A DNA stretch of 33,604 bases from Mailhella sp. (GTDB taxonomy: Bacteria; Desulfobacterota; Desulfovibrionia; Desulfovibrionales; Desulfovibrionaceae), in assembly GCA_045543435.1 (NCBI GenBank), contig JAZQMJ010000316.1, forward strand, positions 1 through 33,604, given 5' to 3'. The notes beneath the pieces were generated by a model, which saw nothing but the letters and a program-made list of their open reading frames with translations, did not search any database and was not told where the DNA came from. The translations under genes and the position numbers were made by a program. Positions 7,795 to 16,179 of the stretch are shown here, one piece after another. Every line of letters begins with the position of its first letter. The stretch's first letter is position 1.

Positions 7795-10446
7795 ATGCTG
7801 TCCAAAGCCTATGAACCGCAGGAAGTGGAAGCTCACTGGCGCAAGCATTGGGAAGAAGGCAAGACCTTCACTCCCGATATGGACGCCCCCGGCGAACCCT
7901 ATTCCATCGTCATCCCCCCGCCCAACGTCACGGGCATCCTCCACATCGGCCACGCCCTGAACCAGACCCTTCAGGACGTGCTCTGCCGCCATGCCCGCCA
8001 GAAGGGCAAGAACGTGCTGTGGCTCCCCGGCACCGACCATGCCGGCATCGCCACCCAGAACGTGGTGGAACGCGCCCTCGCCAAGGAAGGCAAGCGCCGC
8101 CACGACCTCGGCCGCGAAGCCTTCGTGGAACGCGTGTGGGAATGGAAGAAGCAGTACGGCGGCCAGATCCTTGAGCAGATCAAGGGCCTCGGCGCTTCCG
8201 TGGACTGGACGCGCGAAGCCTTCACCATGGACGAGAACCTCGCCCGTGCCGTGCGCAAGGTCTTTGTCCAGCTCTACAAGGACGGCCTCATCTACAAGGG
8301 CAAGTACATCGTCAACTGGTGCCCCCGCTGCCACACCGCCCTTGCCGACGACGAAGTGGATCACATCGACTCCAAGGGCATGCTCTGGCATATCCGCTAC
8401 GACTTCGCCGACGGCTCCGGCTCTGTGACCATCGCCACCACCCGCCCCGAGACCATGCTGGGCGACTCCGCCGTGTGCGTGCATCCTGAAGACGAACGCT
8501 ACGCCGGCCTCGTGGGCAAGAAGCTCATCCTGCCCATAGCCAACCGCGAGATCCCCCTCATCGCCGACCGCTATGTGGACCGCGAATTCGGTACCGGCTG
8601 CCTCAAGGTCACGCCCTGCCACGACCCCAACGACTGGAACCTCGGCCACGCCCATAACCTCGAGTTCATCCAGGTCATCGACGACAACGGCAACATGATG
8701 CAGGACGAGGCCCTCTGCGGCAAGTACGCCGGCATGAGCCGCGAAGACTGCCGCAAGGCCATCGTGGAAGAACTGCGCGAGAACGGCCACCTCGTGGCCG
8801 AAGAACCGCTCAGCCACAGCGTGGGCTGCTGCTACCGCTGCAAGACTGTCATCGAACCCTACGTCTCCGACCAGTGGTTCGTGGCCCTCAGCAAGCTCGC
8901 CCCCCGCGCCCGAGCCGCCGTGCCCAGCGACATCAAGATCTATCCTGAGAACTGGACCAAGACCTACTACAACTGGCTCGACAATATCCGCGACTGGTGC
9001 ATCAGCCGCCAGATCTGGTGGGGCCATCGCATCCCCGCCTGGACCTGCCCTGACTGCGGCGAGCTCATCGTTTCCGAGACCGATCCCACGTCCTGCCCCA
9101 AGTGCGGCAGCGTGAAGCTGGAACAGGACCCCGACGTGCTCGACACCTGGTTCTCCTCCGCCCTGTGGCCCTTCTCCACCATGGGCTGGCCTGAACAGAC
9201 CGACACGCTGAAGAAGTTCTACCCCACCAGCGTGCTCGTCACCGGCTTCGACATCCTCTTCTTCTGGGTGGCCCGCATGATCATCATGGGCCAGCAGTTC
9301 ATGGGTGAAGTGCCCTTCAAGGAAGTGTACATCCACGCCCTCGTGCGCGACGCCCAGGGCCGCAAGATGTCCAAGTCCCTCGGCAACGGCATCGACCCGC
9401 AGGACATGGTGCAGAAGTACGGCGCCGACTCCCTGCGCTTCACCCTGACGGCCTTCGCCGCCATGGGCCGCGACATCCGCATGTCCGAAGAGCGCATCGA
9501 AGGCTACCGCCACTTCATGAACAAGGTGTGGAACGCCGCCCGCTTCGCCCTCATGAACCTGCCCGAAGACGCCGCCCCCAAGGCCGTGGACCTCGGCGCC
9601 GTGAAGGGCCTGCACCATCAGTGGATCCTGAACCGCCTCGAAGAAGTGAAGGCCGAAGAAGACGCCGCTCTCGAAAGCTACCGCTTCAACGACGCCGCCC
9701 AGTGCGTGTACAAGTTCCTCTGGAACGAGTTCTGCGACTGGTACCTTGAACTCATCAAGGCCGACATGCGCGAAGAAGGCGAACGCAAGGAAGAAGCCCA
9801 GTATGTGCTCTACACTGTGCTGAAGGAGATCCTGCTCCTCCTGCACCCCATGGCCCCCTTCGTCACCGCCGAAGTGTGGAGTTCCCTGCCCGGCAACGAA
9901 GGCACGGACATCGCCACCGAGCTGTACCCCGCTGAACGCCCCGAGTGCCGCAAGCCTCTGGAAGCCGACCAGATGATGTTCCTGCAGGAAGCCATCAGCG
10001 CCATCCGCACCATCCGTGCCGAGCTGAACATCAAGCCTTCCTACAAGCTCACCGTGGTCCTGCGCCCCGCCTCTGAAGAGCAGGCCGCCCTGCTCGAAGC
10101 CGGCCGCGGCTTCTTCGACCTCGCCCGCCTCGAGACCCTGACCATCGACGCCGACGCCCACGCCCCCAAGGCTTCCGCCAGCAACGTGGTGCGCGGCTGT
10201 GAAGTCATCGTGCTGCTCGACGGCGCCGTGGACTTCCAGGCCGAGCTGGCCCGCCTCGAAAAGGAGATCGGCAAGGTGGACAAGGACCTCGTGGCCCTGA
10301 ACGGCAAGCTCTCCAACGAAAACTTCGTGAAGCGCGCCCCCGCCGAACTGGTGGAATCCGAACAGGCCCGCCAGGCCGACCTCATGGACAAGAAGGCCAA
10401 GATGCAGGCCCTGCAGGTCCGCTTCAAGGAAGCCATGGGCGAATAA
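7795..10446 (+). CDS. valS: Valine--tRNA ligase
   Basis: PPPNVTGILHIGH, DWCISRQIWWGHRIP, KMSKS and a C-terminal coiled coil. Confidence 0.98.
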   Translation: MLSKAYEPQEVEAHWRKHWEEGKTFTPDMDAPGEPYSIVIPPPNVTGILHIGHALNQTLQDVLCRHARQKGKNVLWLPGTDHAGIATQNVVERALAKEGKRRHDLGREAFVERVWEWKKQYGGQILEQIKGLGASVDWTREAFTMDENLARAVRKVFVQLYKDGLIYKGKYIVNWCPRCHTALADDEVDHIDSKGMLWHIRYDFADGSGSVTIATTRPETMLGDSAVCVHPEDERYAGLVGKKLILPIANREIPLIADRYVDREFGTGCLKVTPCHDPNDWNLGHAHNLEFIQVIDDNGNMMQDEALCGKYAGMSREDCRKAIVEELRENGHLVAEEPLSHSVGCCYRCKTVIEPYVSDQWFVALSKLAPRARAAVPSDIKIYPENWTKTYYNWLDNIRDWCISRQIWWGHRIPAWTCPDCGELIVSETDPTSCPKCGSVKLEQDPDVLDTWFSSALWPFSTMGWPEQTDTLKKFYPTSVLVTGFDILFFWVARMIIMGQQFMGEVPFKEVYIHALVRDAQGRKMSKSLGNGIDPQDMVQKYGADSLRFTLTAFAAMGRDIRMSEERIEGYRHFMNKVWNAARFALMNLPEDAAPKAVDLGAVKGLHHQWILNRLEEVKAEEDAALESYRFNDAAQCVYKFLWNEFCDWYLELIKADMREEGERKEEAQYVLYTVLKEILLLLHPMAPFVTAEVWSSLPGNEGTDIATELYPAERPECRKPLEADQMMFLQEAISAIRTIRAELNIKPSYKLTVVLRPASEEQAALLEAGRGFFDLARLETLTIDADAHAPKASASNVVRGCEVIVLLDGAVDFQAELARLEKEIGKVDKDLVALNGKLSNENFVKRAPAELVESEQARQADLMDKKAKMQALQVRFKEAMGE

Positions 10447-10465
10447 GCCCGGCTGACTGAACGAT

Positions 10466-10508
10466 AAAAAAGACCGCCGCTCGGAGCTCGGGGCGGCGGT
10501 CTTCTTTT
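10466..10508. terminator. Bidirectional intrinsic terminator (valS / tenA convergent)
   Basis: AAAAAAGACCGCCGC...GCGGCGGTCTTCTTTT. Confidence 0.8.
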
Positions 10509-10542
10509 AATTTCCGTGGGAATTTTGGGGAGAGCGAGGCGG

Positions 10543-11352
10543 CTAGACAGGCCAGCCTTCCTTCTTCCATGCGCTGTCCCAGAACATCCATTCCATGCGG
10601 GTGGCGTCACAGTAGACTTCCGTCATCCGGGTACGGACGGCAGGCGACGCGGCGTCAGCAAGCTCATCGCACAGGGCCACGGCGGCGCGGGTGGCCTTAT
10701 CGAAAGCCGGATCGGCGTAGGCATCTATCCAGTCATTATACGGATTGCCTTGCTTCCTGCGGGCATCCAGCAGGTGCGTACCCGTCTGCTGGTACACAGT
10801 GAAGCACGGCAGGATGACAGCGCAGGCCACCTCCACAGGAGCAGTGGCGGCGATGCGGGCTTCATAGGACATATACAGCTGGCAGGTCGGCGAAGCCTTG
10901 GCGGGGGCAGGCGGCAGATGCTTCGCTCTCATGCCCTGATACAGCTCGTGCATATAGCGTTCGGCGGCGAGAGTATCCTTGACGAAGCCGAGCATGAGGT
11001 CGCGATGTCTCTGCTTCGGCAGGCGTTCGGCAATGAGCGACATGGTGCGGGCGTAGCTTTCCAGATAGAGAGCATCCTGCCGGATATAGAAGGCGAACAC
11101 GTCTTCGGGGAGAGAGCCGTCAGCAAGTCCTCTGACGAAGGGATGCTCCTGTATCTTGTGGAAGACAGGCAGAGCCGCCTTCCATGCTTCGCCGCTCCAG
11201 CCTCGCGGGTCGATGAAGGCAGGAAGGCCCTGGGAGGCACCGCAGGTCATGCCGGGGGACGCAAAGGCGACAGACGCCCCGAAAAGCGAGAGTCCGCCAG
11301 CCAATGCGGCGGCAGAACAGAGGAAACGGCGGCGGGATATCTTTTGCTTCAT
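10543..11352 (-). CDS. tenA: TenA family (thiaminase II/aminopyrimidine aminohydrolase) protein with a Tat signal peptide
   Basis: HPFVRGLADGSLP, YIRQDALYL, ILPCFTVY (catalytic Cys), PYNDWIDAY, EWMFWDSA. The N-terminus from ATG 11352 (GAGGT RBS) is MKQKISRRRFLCSAAALAGGLSLFGASVAFA. Confidence 0.85.
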   Translation of the reverse strand: MKQKISRRRFLCSAAALAGGLSLFGASVAFASPGMTCGASQGLPAFIDPRGWSGEAWKAALPVFHKIQEHPFVRGLADGSLPEDVFAFYIRQDALYLESYARTMSLIAERLPKQRHRDLMLGFVKDTLAAERYMHELYQGMRAKHLPPAPAKASPTCQLYMSYEARIAATAPVEVACAVILPCFTVYQQTGTHLLDARRKQGNPYNDWIDAYADPAFDKATRAAVALCDELADAASPAVRTRMTEVYCDATRMEWMFWDSAWKKEGWPV

Positions 11353-11421
11353 GGCACGACCTCGAATCATGTTTTCGCTATCATATCGGAAAATCGCCCC
11401 TTCCTGCAACAGGCAGAGGAT

Positions 11422-11459
11422 AGAAGAAAGGCCCGATCCTTGCGGACCGGGCCTTCTCT
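11422..11459 (-). terminator. Intrinsic terminator of the symporter gene
   Basis: Minus strand AAGGCCCGGTCC-GCAA-GGATCGGGCCTT followed by TCTTCT; GNRA loop. Confidence 0.7.
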
Positions 11460-11478
11460 CATAGGAACTTAGCCGAGA

Positions 11479-12831
11479 TTACTTTTCGCTTTCCTTGGAC
11501 TTGGCAACAGCCACGACCACGCCGGAAAGGGCGAGGAGGGCGAGAAGGTTGGGCAGGACCATCAGGCCGTTGAACATGTCGGAGATGTTCCACACGAGGT
11601 CCACCTTGAGGCTGGAGCCGAGCACGATGAAGCCGAGGGCGATGATGGCGTAGAACTTCACATACTTGGTGCCGAGCAGGGCCTTCACGTTCACTTCGCC
11701 GAAGAAGTACCAGCTGATGATGGTGGAGAAGGCGAAGAAGAAGAGGCAGATGGCGATGAAGGTGTTGCCGAAGGAACCGAACACGGTGCCGAAGGCGGCC
11801 TGGGCAAGGGCAGTGCCGGTCACGCCGCTGGTCCAGGTGCCGGTGACGACGATGACGAGGGCGGTGCAGGTGAGCACGACGAAGGTGTCGATGAACACGG
11901 CGATCATAGCCATGACGCCCTGATCGTCAGGATGCTTGACCTTGGCAAGGGCGTGGGCGTGAGGGGTAGAACCCATACCGGCTTCGTTGGAGAACAGGCC
12001 GCGGGCAACACCGAAGCGCATAGCCTTCTGAATGGTGATGCCGAGGGCGCCGCCGCCAGCGGATTCGGGGCTGAAGGCCATCACGAAAATGGTCTTGAAG
12101 GCTTCGGGGATGGCAGTGATGTTGGCGCAGATGACCACGAGGCAGCCGAGCACATAAAGCACGGCCATGATGGGCACGAGCTTTTCAGTCACGCGGGCGA
12201 TGCGCTGGGTGCCGCCGATGAAGATGAAGCCGCCAAGCACGGCCACGAAGATGCCGACATGCACAGAGTTGAGGCCGAAGGCGGCTTCGCAGGCAGAGCC
12301 GATGGAGTTGGACTGCACCATGTTGCCCATGAAACCGCAGGCAAGGATGATGGCGACGCAGAAGAACACGGCAAGGGCCTTACCGAAAGCACCCTTGAAG
12401 GCGGCGCGGATGTAGTAGGCGGGGCCGCCGACGGTTTCGCCGGCTTCGTTGGTTTCCTTATACTTCAAGGCGAGCACGGCTTCGGAGTAGTTGGTGGCCA
12501 TGCCGAAGAAGGCGCTGAGCCACATCCAGAAGATGGCACCGGGGCCGCCGGCGGCGATGGCGGTAGCGGCGCCGGCGATGTTGCCGGTGCCCACCTGGGC
12601 GGCGATGGCGGTGGTGAGGGCCTGGAAGGAACTCATGCCGGTCTTGTCGGCGCTTTCACCATGCAGGGAGGCGTTGCCGAGAAGGCGCTTGAAGGCATAG
12701 CGGAACTTACGCACCTGGATGAAGCGCAGACGGAAGGTATAGTAGATGCCGGTGCCGCAGAGGAGGAAGAGAAGGAGCCAGCCCCAGAGCACGTTGTTGA
12801 CTGCATCAACGAAGGAAACGACGAAATCCAT
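11479..12831 (-). CDS. Alanine/glycine:cation symporter (AGCS family, AlsT/AgcS-like)
   Basis: AQVGTGNIAGAATAIAAGGPGAIFWMW, GVARGLFSNEAGMGS, FIDTFVVLTCT. ATG 12831 follows AAGGA. Confidence 0.93.
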   Translation of the reverse strand: MDFVVSFVDAVNNVLWGWLLLFLLCGTGIYYTFRLRFIQVRKFRYAFKRLLGNASLHGESADKTGMSSFQALTTAIAAQVGTGNIAGAATAIAAGGPGAIFWMWLSAFFGMATNYSEAVLALKYKETNEAGETVGGPAYYIRAAFKGAFGKALAVFFCVAIILACGFMGNMVQSNSIGSACEAAFGLNSVHVGIFVAVLGGFIFIGGTQRIARVTEKLVPIMAVLYVLGCLVVICANITAIPEAFKTIFVMAFSPESAGGGALGITIQKAMRFGVARGLFSNEAGMGSTPHAHALAKVKHPDDQGVMAMIAVFIDTFVVLTCTALVIVVTGTWTSGVTGTALAQAAFGTVFGSFGNTFIAICLFFFAFSTIISWYFFGEVNVKALLGTKYVKFYAIIALGFIVLGSSLKVDLVWNISDMFNGLMVLPNLLALLALSGVVVAVAKSKESEK

Positions 12832-12895
12832 GACAACTTCCTTTAGAGGGTTTACGGAGCCTGCGCGGCTTTTCAACGCGCCAGTCTTCCGAGAC

Positions 12896-12930
12896 AAAAA
12901 AAGAGCAAATCACGACACGAGATTTGCTCT
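12896..12930 (-). terminator. Leader (attenuator) terminator of the glycine riboswitch
   Basis: Minus strand AGAGCAAATC-tcgtgtcgt-GATTTGCTCT plus a U-run, between the aptamer and the start codon. Confidence 0.75.
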
Positions 12931-12988
12931 AGAGAAATGCTTAGGGACAGCTATGCACGGAAAACCGGCAAAGGCTGTACGGCACTAA

Positions 12989-13108
12989 GCTCTGTCCTTT
13001 GGCCTGAGAGTTTCGGCTTGCGCCTTGCACCTTCGGCACCCATGACGGGATTCTCCAGAGCTCCCTCCGCTACCAGCCGGCCTTGCGGCTTTCTGGCAGT
13101 TTCAGCGG
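12989..13108 (-). ncRNA. Glycine riboswitch (single aptamer 12989-13061 plus 5' ghost hairpin 13067-13108)
   Basis: Minus strand GCTCTGGAGAATCCCGTCATGGGTGCCGAAGGTGCAAGGCGCAAGCCGAAACTCTCAGGCCAAAGGACAGAGC carries the conserved glycine aptamer elements (CUCUGGAGA, CCGAAGG.GCAA, AACUCUCAGG, AAAGGACAGAG). It lies upstream of an AGCS gene. Confidence 0.92.
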
Positions 13109-13139
13109 GATCATGTGCTTCTGCTAAAAAGCTGGCCTG

Positions 13140-13168
13140 ATGTAATACCTTTTATTTTCCGCTGTCAA
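13140..13168 (-). promoter_or_regulatory. Candidate sigma70 promoter for the riboswitch leader
   Basis: Perfect TTGACA at 13168-13163. The -10 is weak (TATTAC/TTACAT). Confidence 0.4.
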
Positions 13169-13272
13169 CACGTTTCTGGCAAAAATGTTAGAAAAAAGAT
13201 TCACCCAGTCTAAAAATATGACAATTTTGAAAAAACTCCAACGGCGGAAACTTCGCCCTGTCCCCCGAAACC

Positions 13273-14733
13273 CTACTCATAAACAAGGATAAGTACCACG
13301 GAGGACTCGAACTTTTCCGCCATTTCCGAAAAAGAGAACTTCTGCATGCCGGAAGAAGACGCTGGCTTGAGTCCGGGCACGGTTCGGATGAGCGTATGGA
13401 GCAGGTCGACCTTTCTTGCATAGTTGACGTTCTGGCTGCCGATAAATCCACTCGTGGCTATGCCGACAGTCTGACCATACGAATTTATGACAGGTCCTCC
13501 TGAATTTCCCGGATGGAGCGGGATATCAATTTGGACCTCTCTGGAAGAATCCCTCGCTCCTGTCGTCGCATTCACCCGACCGAAGGTGGCTTTCTGCTGG
13601 ATTCCCTGCCGACTGGGCTTAGGATAGCCCAGAGTCATGATATCTTCACCGCGTTTCAGATCGAAATGCCTTGCCAGCGGAATGGGGCGGCTTTTCTTTC
13701 CTTTGACGCGAAGTATGGCGATATCCCCCTCCGCGTCCTGAGCAACAAAGAAGGCTTCTGCCCTCTCACCTGTTCTCGTATCGACAGCAAGGAAGCGTTT
13801 GCCGCCCTCGATGACATGATGATTGGTAGCCAGATATCCGTCGGCCGTAAAATAGAAGCCCGTACCGCTTCCACTTTGCCTCAGAGCTCCCATATCGGGA
13901 ACGGCGATGGCAGACGTGGATGTCCGGGGAGCGTCTATCTGCTTTCCCGGTTTGGAAACTGTCGCCCCGTCTTTCCTGATATTCTCAGCAAGGGCGGCCT
14001 GAGCCCTCTCAAGGTCGCCCCCCGTGCCCAGTACCATCTGCTTCTCGAGGCTATGCCCTTTCCGCCATACGATGACGGAATTGGTTCCGGTCTTGAAGTC
14101 CTTGCCCGCTCCACCCCTCCGGCCGTTGACTGAAAGGAGTATGTCGCCTGCCAGGATATTCGCATAGAAGGCCGGGCTCTTCTTCATCACAGCAACGACT
14201 TCGCGGGCCTCGGGAGCATCCAGCGCCGTTTTCATGTAGTCAGGGGCAGGCCGCATGAGCAGGCCGGCATGGCGGCGCTCATCGCATTTCACTCCGAACA
14301 CTGCGGAATACTTGAAGACATCGCCGCCGGGATACTGCACGCCGTGATGCTTCACAGAAACGTGTATCCGTGTCGCCCCCAGCTCGGAAGCGCACTTCTT
14401 CAGATCCGCCTCATGGCCATAGGGAACGCTGACGAACTCGGAGCGGCCTACAGGGTAATATCCCTCGATGAACATGGCCTTGGCCAGATCCGCATCGCTC
14501 GAGAAGGAACGAAGCTCAACGGCAGGAGGCTGAACGACGCCATACTCCCGCACCCGCTGCGCTATCTCGTCCTTCTGCTCTCCCTGATAGAAGGCGGCGC
14601 ACTGGCAGGCTTTTGTTCTGCCCTCCTTGGGCAGGCAGCCGGAAAGACTCGCGGCAAAAAACAGCGTGAGCATCACGGCCATGTACAGGCCCAATCGACG
14701 AATACAGGAAACTCTACTATGCATCATGCCCAT
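13273..14733 (-). CDS. Lipoprotein with PDZ domain and C-terminal trypsin-like (S1C) serine protease
   Basis: Lipobox LSGC, PDZ-like VVAVMKKSPAFYANILAGDILLSVNG, and protease motifs GSGTGF, TNHHVI, DIAIL, PGNSGGP. The true start may be 14727 given the GAGGG spacing. Confidence 0.85.
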   Translation of the reverse strand: MGMMHSRVSCIRRLGLYMAVMLTLFFAASLSGCLPKEGRTKACQCAAFYQGEQKDEIAQRVREYGVVQPPAVELRSFSSDADLAKAMFIEGYYPVGRSEFVSVPYGHEADLKKCASELGATRIHVSVKHHGVQYPGGDVFKYSAVFGVKCDERRHAGLLMRPAPDYMKTALDAPEAREVVAVMKKSPAFYANILAGDILLSVNGRRGGAGKDFKTGTNSVIVWRKGHSLEKQMVLGTGGDLERAQAALAENIRKDGATVSKPGKQIDAPRTSTSAIAVPDMGALRQSGSGTGFYFTADGYLATNHHVIEGGKRFLAVDTRTGERAEAFFVAQDAEGDIAILRVKGKKSRPIPLARHFDLKRGEDIMTLGYPKPSRQGIQQKATFGRVNATTGARDSSREVQIDIPLHPGNSGGPVINSYGQTVGIATSGFIGSQNVNYARKVDLLHTLIRTVPGLKPASSSGMQKFSFSEMAEKFESSVVLILVYE

Positions 14734-15162
14734 CCCTCAGATCGCCCCGGGAAAAACGATATGATTTCAGTCTGATTCTGGTTTCCTGCTTCTAGCACTG
14801 CTCCGTTTTTCTGTAAACGGAACGAAACACGCCCGTACGGCATGAACCCGCTGATGCCCTGAAAACTTTCAAAAAAATTTGGGGGCGTGGCTGAATGCCG
14901 GAGATAAATCTGGAAAGCGGCCAGAAAGAACTCACGAGAGCAAAATCTCTGCAACGCATCGCTTGTCCATGCCTATATCCATCTACGCAGAACCCGAAAA
15001 ACACCTTTTTCTGAACAGCAAAACTCAATCACTCCGAAAAAAGAGCATACTGCACCTTATTTTTTCTTCTGCATCATTCACGAACGCCCACAAAATGAAT
15101 TTCAAACACATGTTACAATGTAATATTTACAAATAAAATCACATAATTACGAAATTTAATCA

Positions 15163-15191
15163 TTGACCTTTGGCTTTCGAGACTATACTCT
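15163..15191 (+). promoter_or_regulatory. Candidate sigma70 promoter
   Basis: TTGACC-17 nt-TACTCT (overlapping TATACT), preceded by an AT-rich UP-like tract. Confidence 0.5.
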
Positions 15192-15414
15192 GCACCCGTT
15201 GTCAACGCTTCATGTTCATACTTGAATGTGAAAAATATATTTACCATCGCGCACTGGTACTTATGCAACGCTTTATGCGTTTTTTCGTCAATGCATAACA
15301 GGCTGCATATCTATGCTTACGCAATGTAAATCATGCGAAAAGCAGAGCATGCCTGTGGATCTTATTTGAGCCGGCCCATGCCGCTCCCCTCATTTCTATC
15401 AGTGAAGGTGGAAC

Positions 15415-15546
15415 ATGTTTGACAAATTCGGTATCATTGACCTCTGTGCGGCCTGGATAGCCATCGGTGCATGCCTCGTCTATATCGGCCTCCTCTGCTG
15501 GAACGGCTATGACGACTACCGCAACAGCCTCAAAAAGAACAGGTAG
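15415..15546 (+). CDS. Small single-pass membrane protein (43 aa), below the ORF-track cutoff
   Basis: MFDKFGIIDLCAAWIAIGACLVYIGLLCWNGYDDYRNSLKKNR*. GAAGGTGG RBS, host-like C-ending codons, and its own downstream terminator. Confidence 0.65.
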   Translation: MFDKFGIIDLCAAWIAIGACLVYIGLLCWNGYDDYRNSLKKNR

Positions 15547-15620
15547 CGAAGCGAGACAGCCACACCTGAAGTACGGCAGGTGCTTCAGGCGCGCGGCATC
15601 TCTTTTTCTGCCTGCACACC

Positions 15621-15657
15621 GGAAAGGCCGCCTCTCTCCAAGGCGGCTTTCCTTTTT
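15621..15657 (+). terminator. Intrinsic terminator after the small ORF
   Basis: GGAAAGgCCGCCT-ctctcca-AGGCGGCTTTCC-TTTTT. Confidence 0.7.
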
Positions 15658-15674
15658 CTGAAGGGCAGATACAG

Positions 15675-15712
15675 CAAAGCCCCGCCTCCCTCATGAAGGA
15701 GACGGGGCTTTG
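15675..15712 (-). terminator. Probable tatA terminator
   Basis: CAAAGCCCCG...CGGGGCTTTG hairpin whose C/A mismatches become G-U pairs only on the minus strand. Confidence 0.65.
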
Positions 15713-15811
15713 TTTTCAGCGAATACACTCTGCCTGTCCTATGCGCGATATATCGCAGCGGGGCAAAGAAACTCTGCACCGAACAGCATGAAAAGGCCGT
15801 ATGGAAAAAGG

Positions 15812-16012
15812 CTAGGCCTTCTTGTCTTCGTCTTCGATCTTCTTGTCGCCCTTGGGGGTGATGTCGATCTCATCGGGTTCGGAAGCGGCCTGACGGAAGT
15901 TGCGGATGGCGCGGCCGAGGCCGCCGCCGATCTCAGGCAGACGCTTCGCGCCGAACACGACCAGCCCGATGACAAGGATGATCAGAATTTCCTGCGTACC
16001 AATACCAAACAT
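15812..16012 (-). CDS. tatA: Twin-arginine translocase subunit TatA/TatE
   Basis: [48 protein letters not shown]. Confidence 0.95.
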   Translation of the reverse strand: MFGIGTQEILIILVIGLVVFGAKRLPEIGGGLGRAIRNFRQAASEPDEIDITPKGDKKIEDEDKKA

Positions 16013-16179
16013 AGATAACCTCCGGAGCTTTTCTCTCCAAACTGTCTGTTTTCTATACGGGAGGCATGGGGAAAAGGCAAGCACCCCGGAAGACCTGCCG
16101 CAAAAATGTCCCATGTTTCCGCGCCCTGCGGGATTGCCTCAAAATCCGTCCGCGCATATATTCGCCTGAGGAGATCATT

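Noticed and set aside
13062-13140. Second (tandem) glycine aptamer
   Set aside because: Lacks the GGAGA, CCGAAG and UCAGG elements in the required order; it folds only as a simple hairpin.
14724-15136. Short ORFs in the protease upstream region (14724-14954, 14792-15028, 14879-15136)
   Set aside because: No convincing RBS, motif or host codon bias; more likely regulatory DNA.
15254-15272. Sigma54 promoter at TGGTAC...GC
   Set aside because: The GG-to-GC spacing is not the required 10 nt.
10543-16012. Functional linkage between the Tat-signal TenA and the nearby tatA
   Set aside because: They are separated by unrelated genes and terminators; proximity alone is not evidence.
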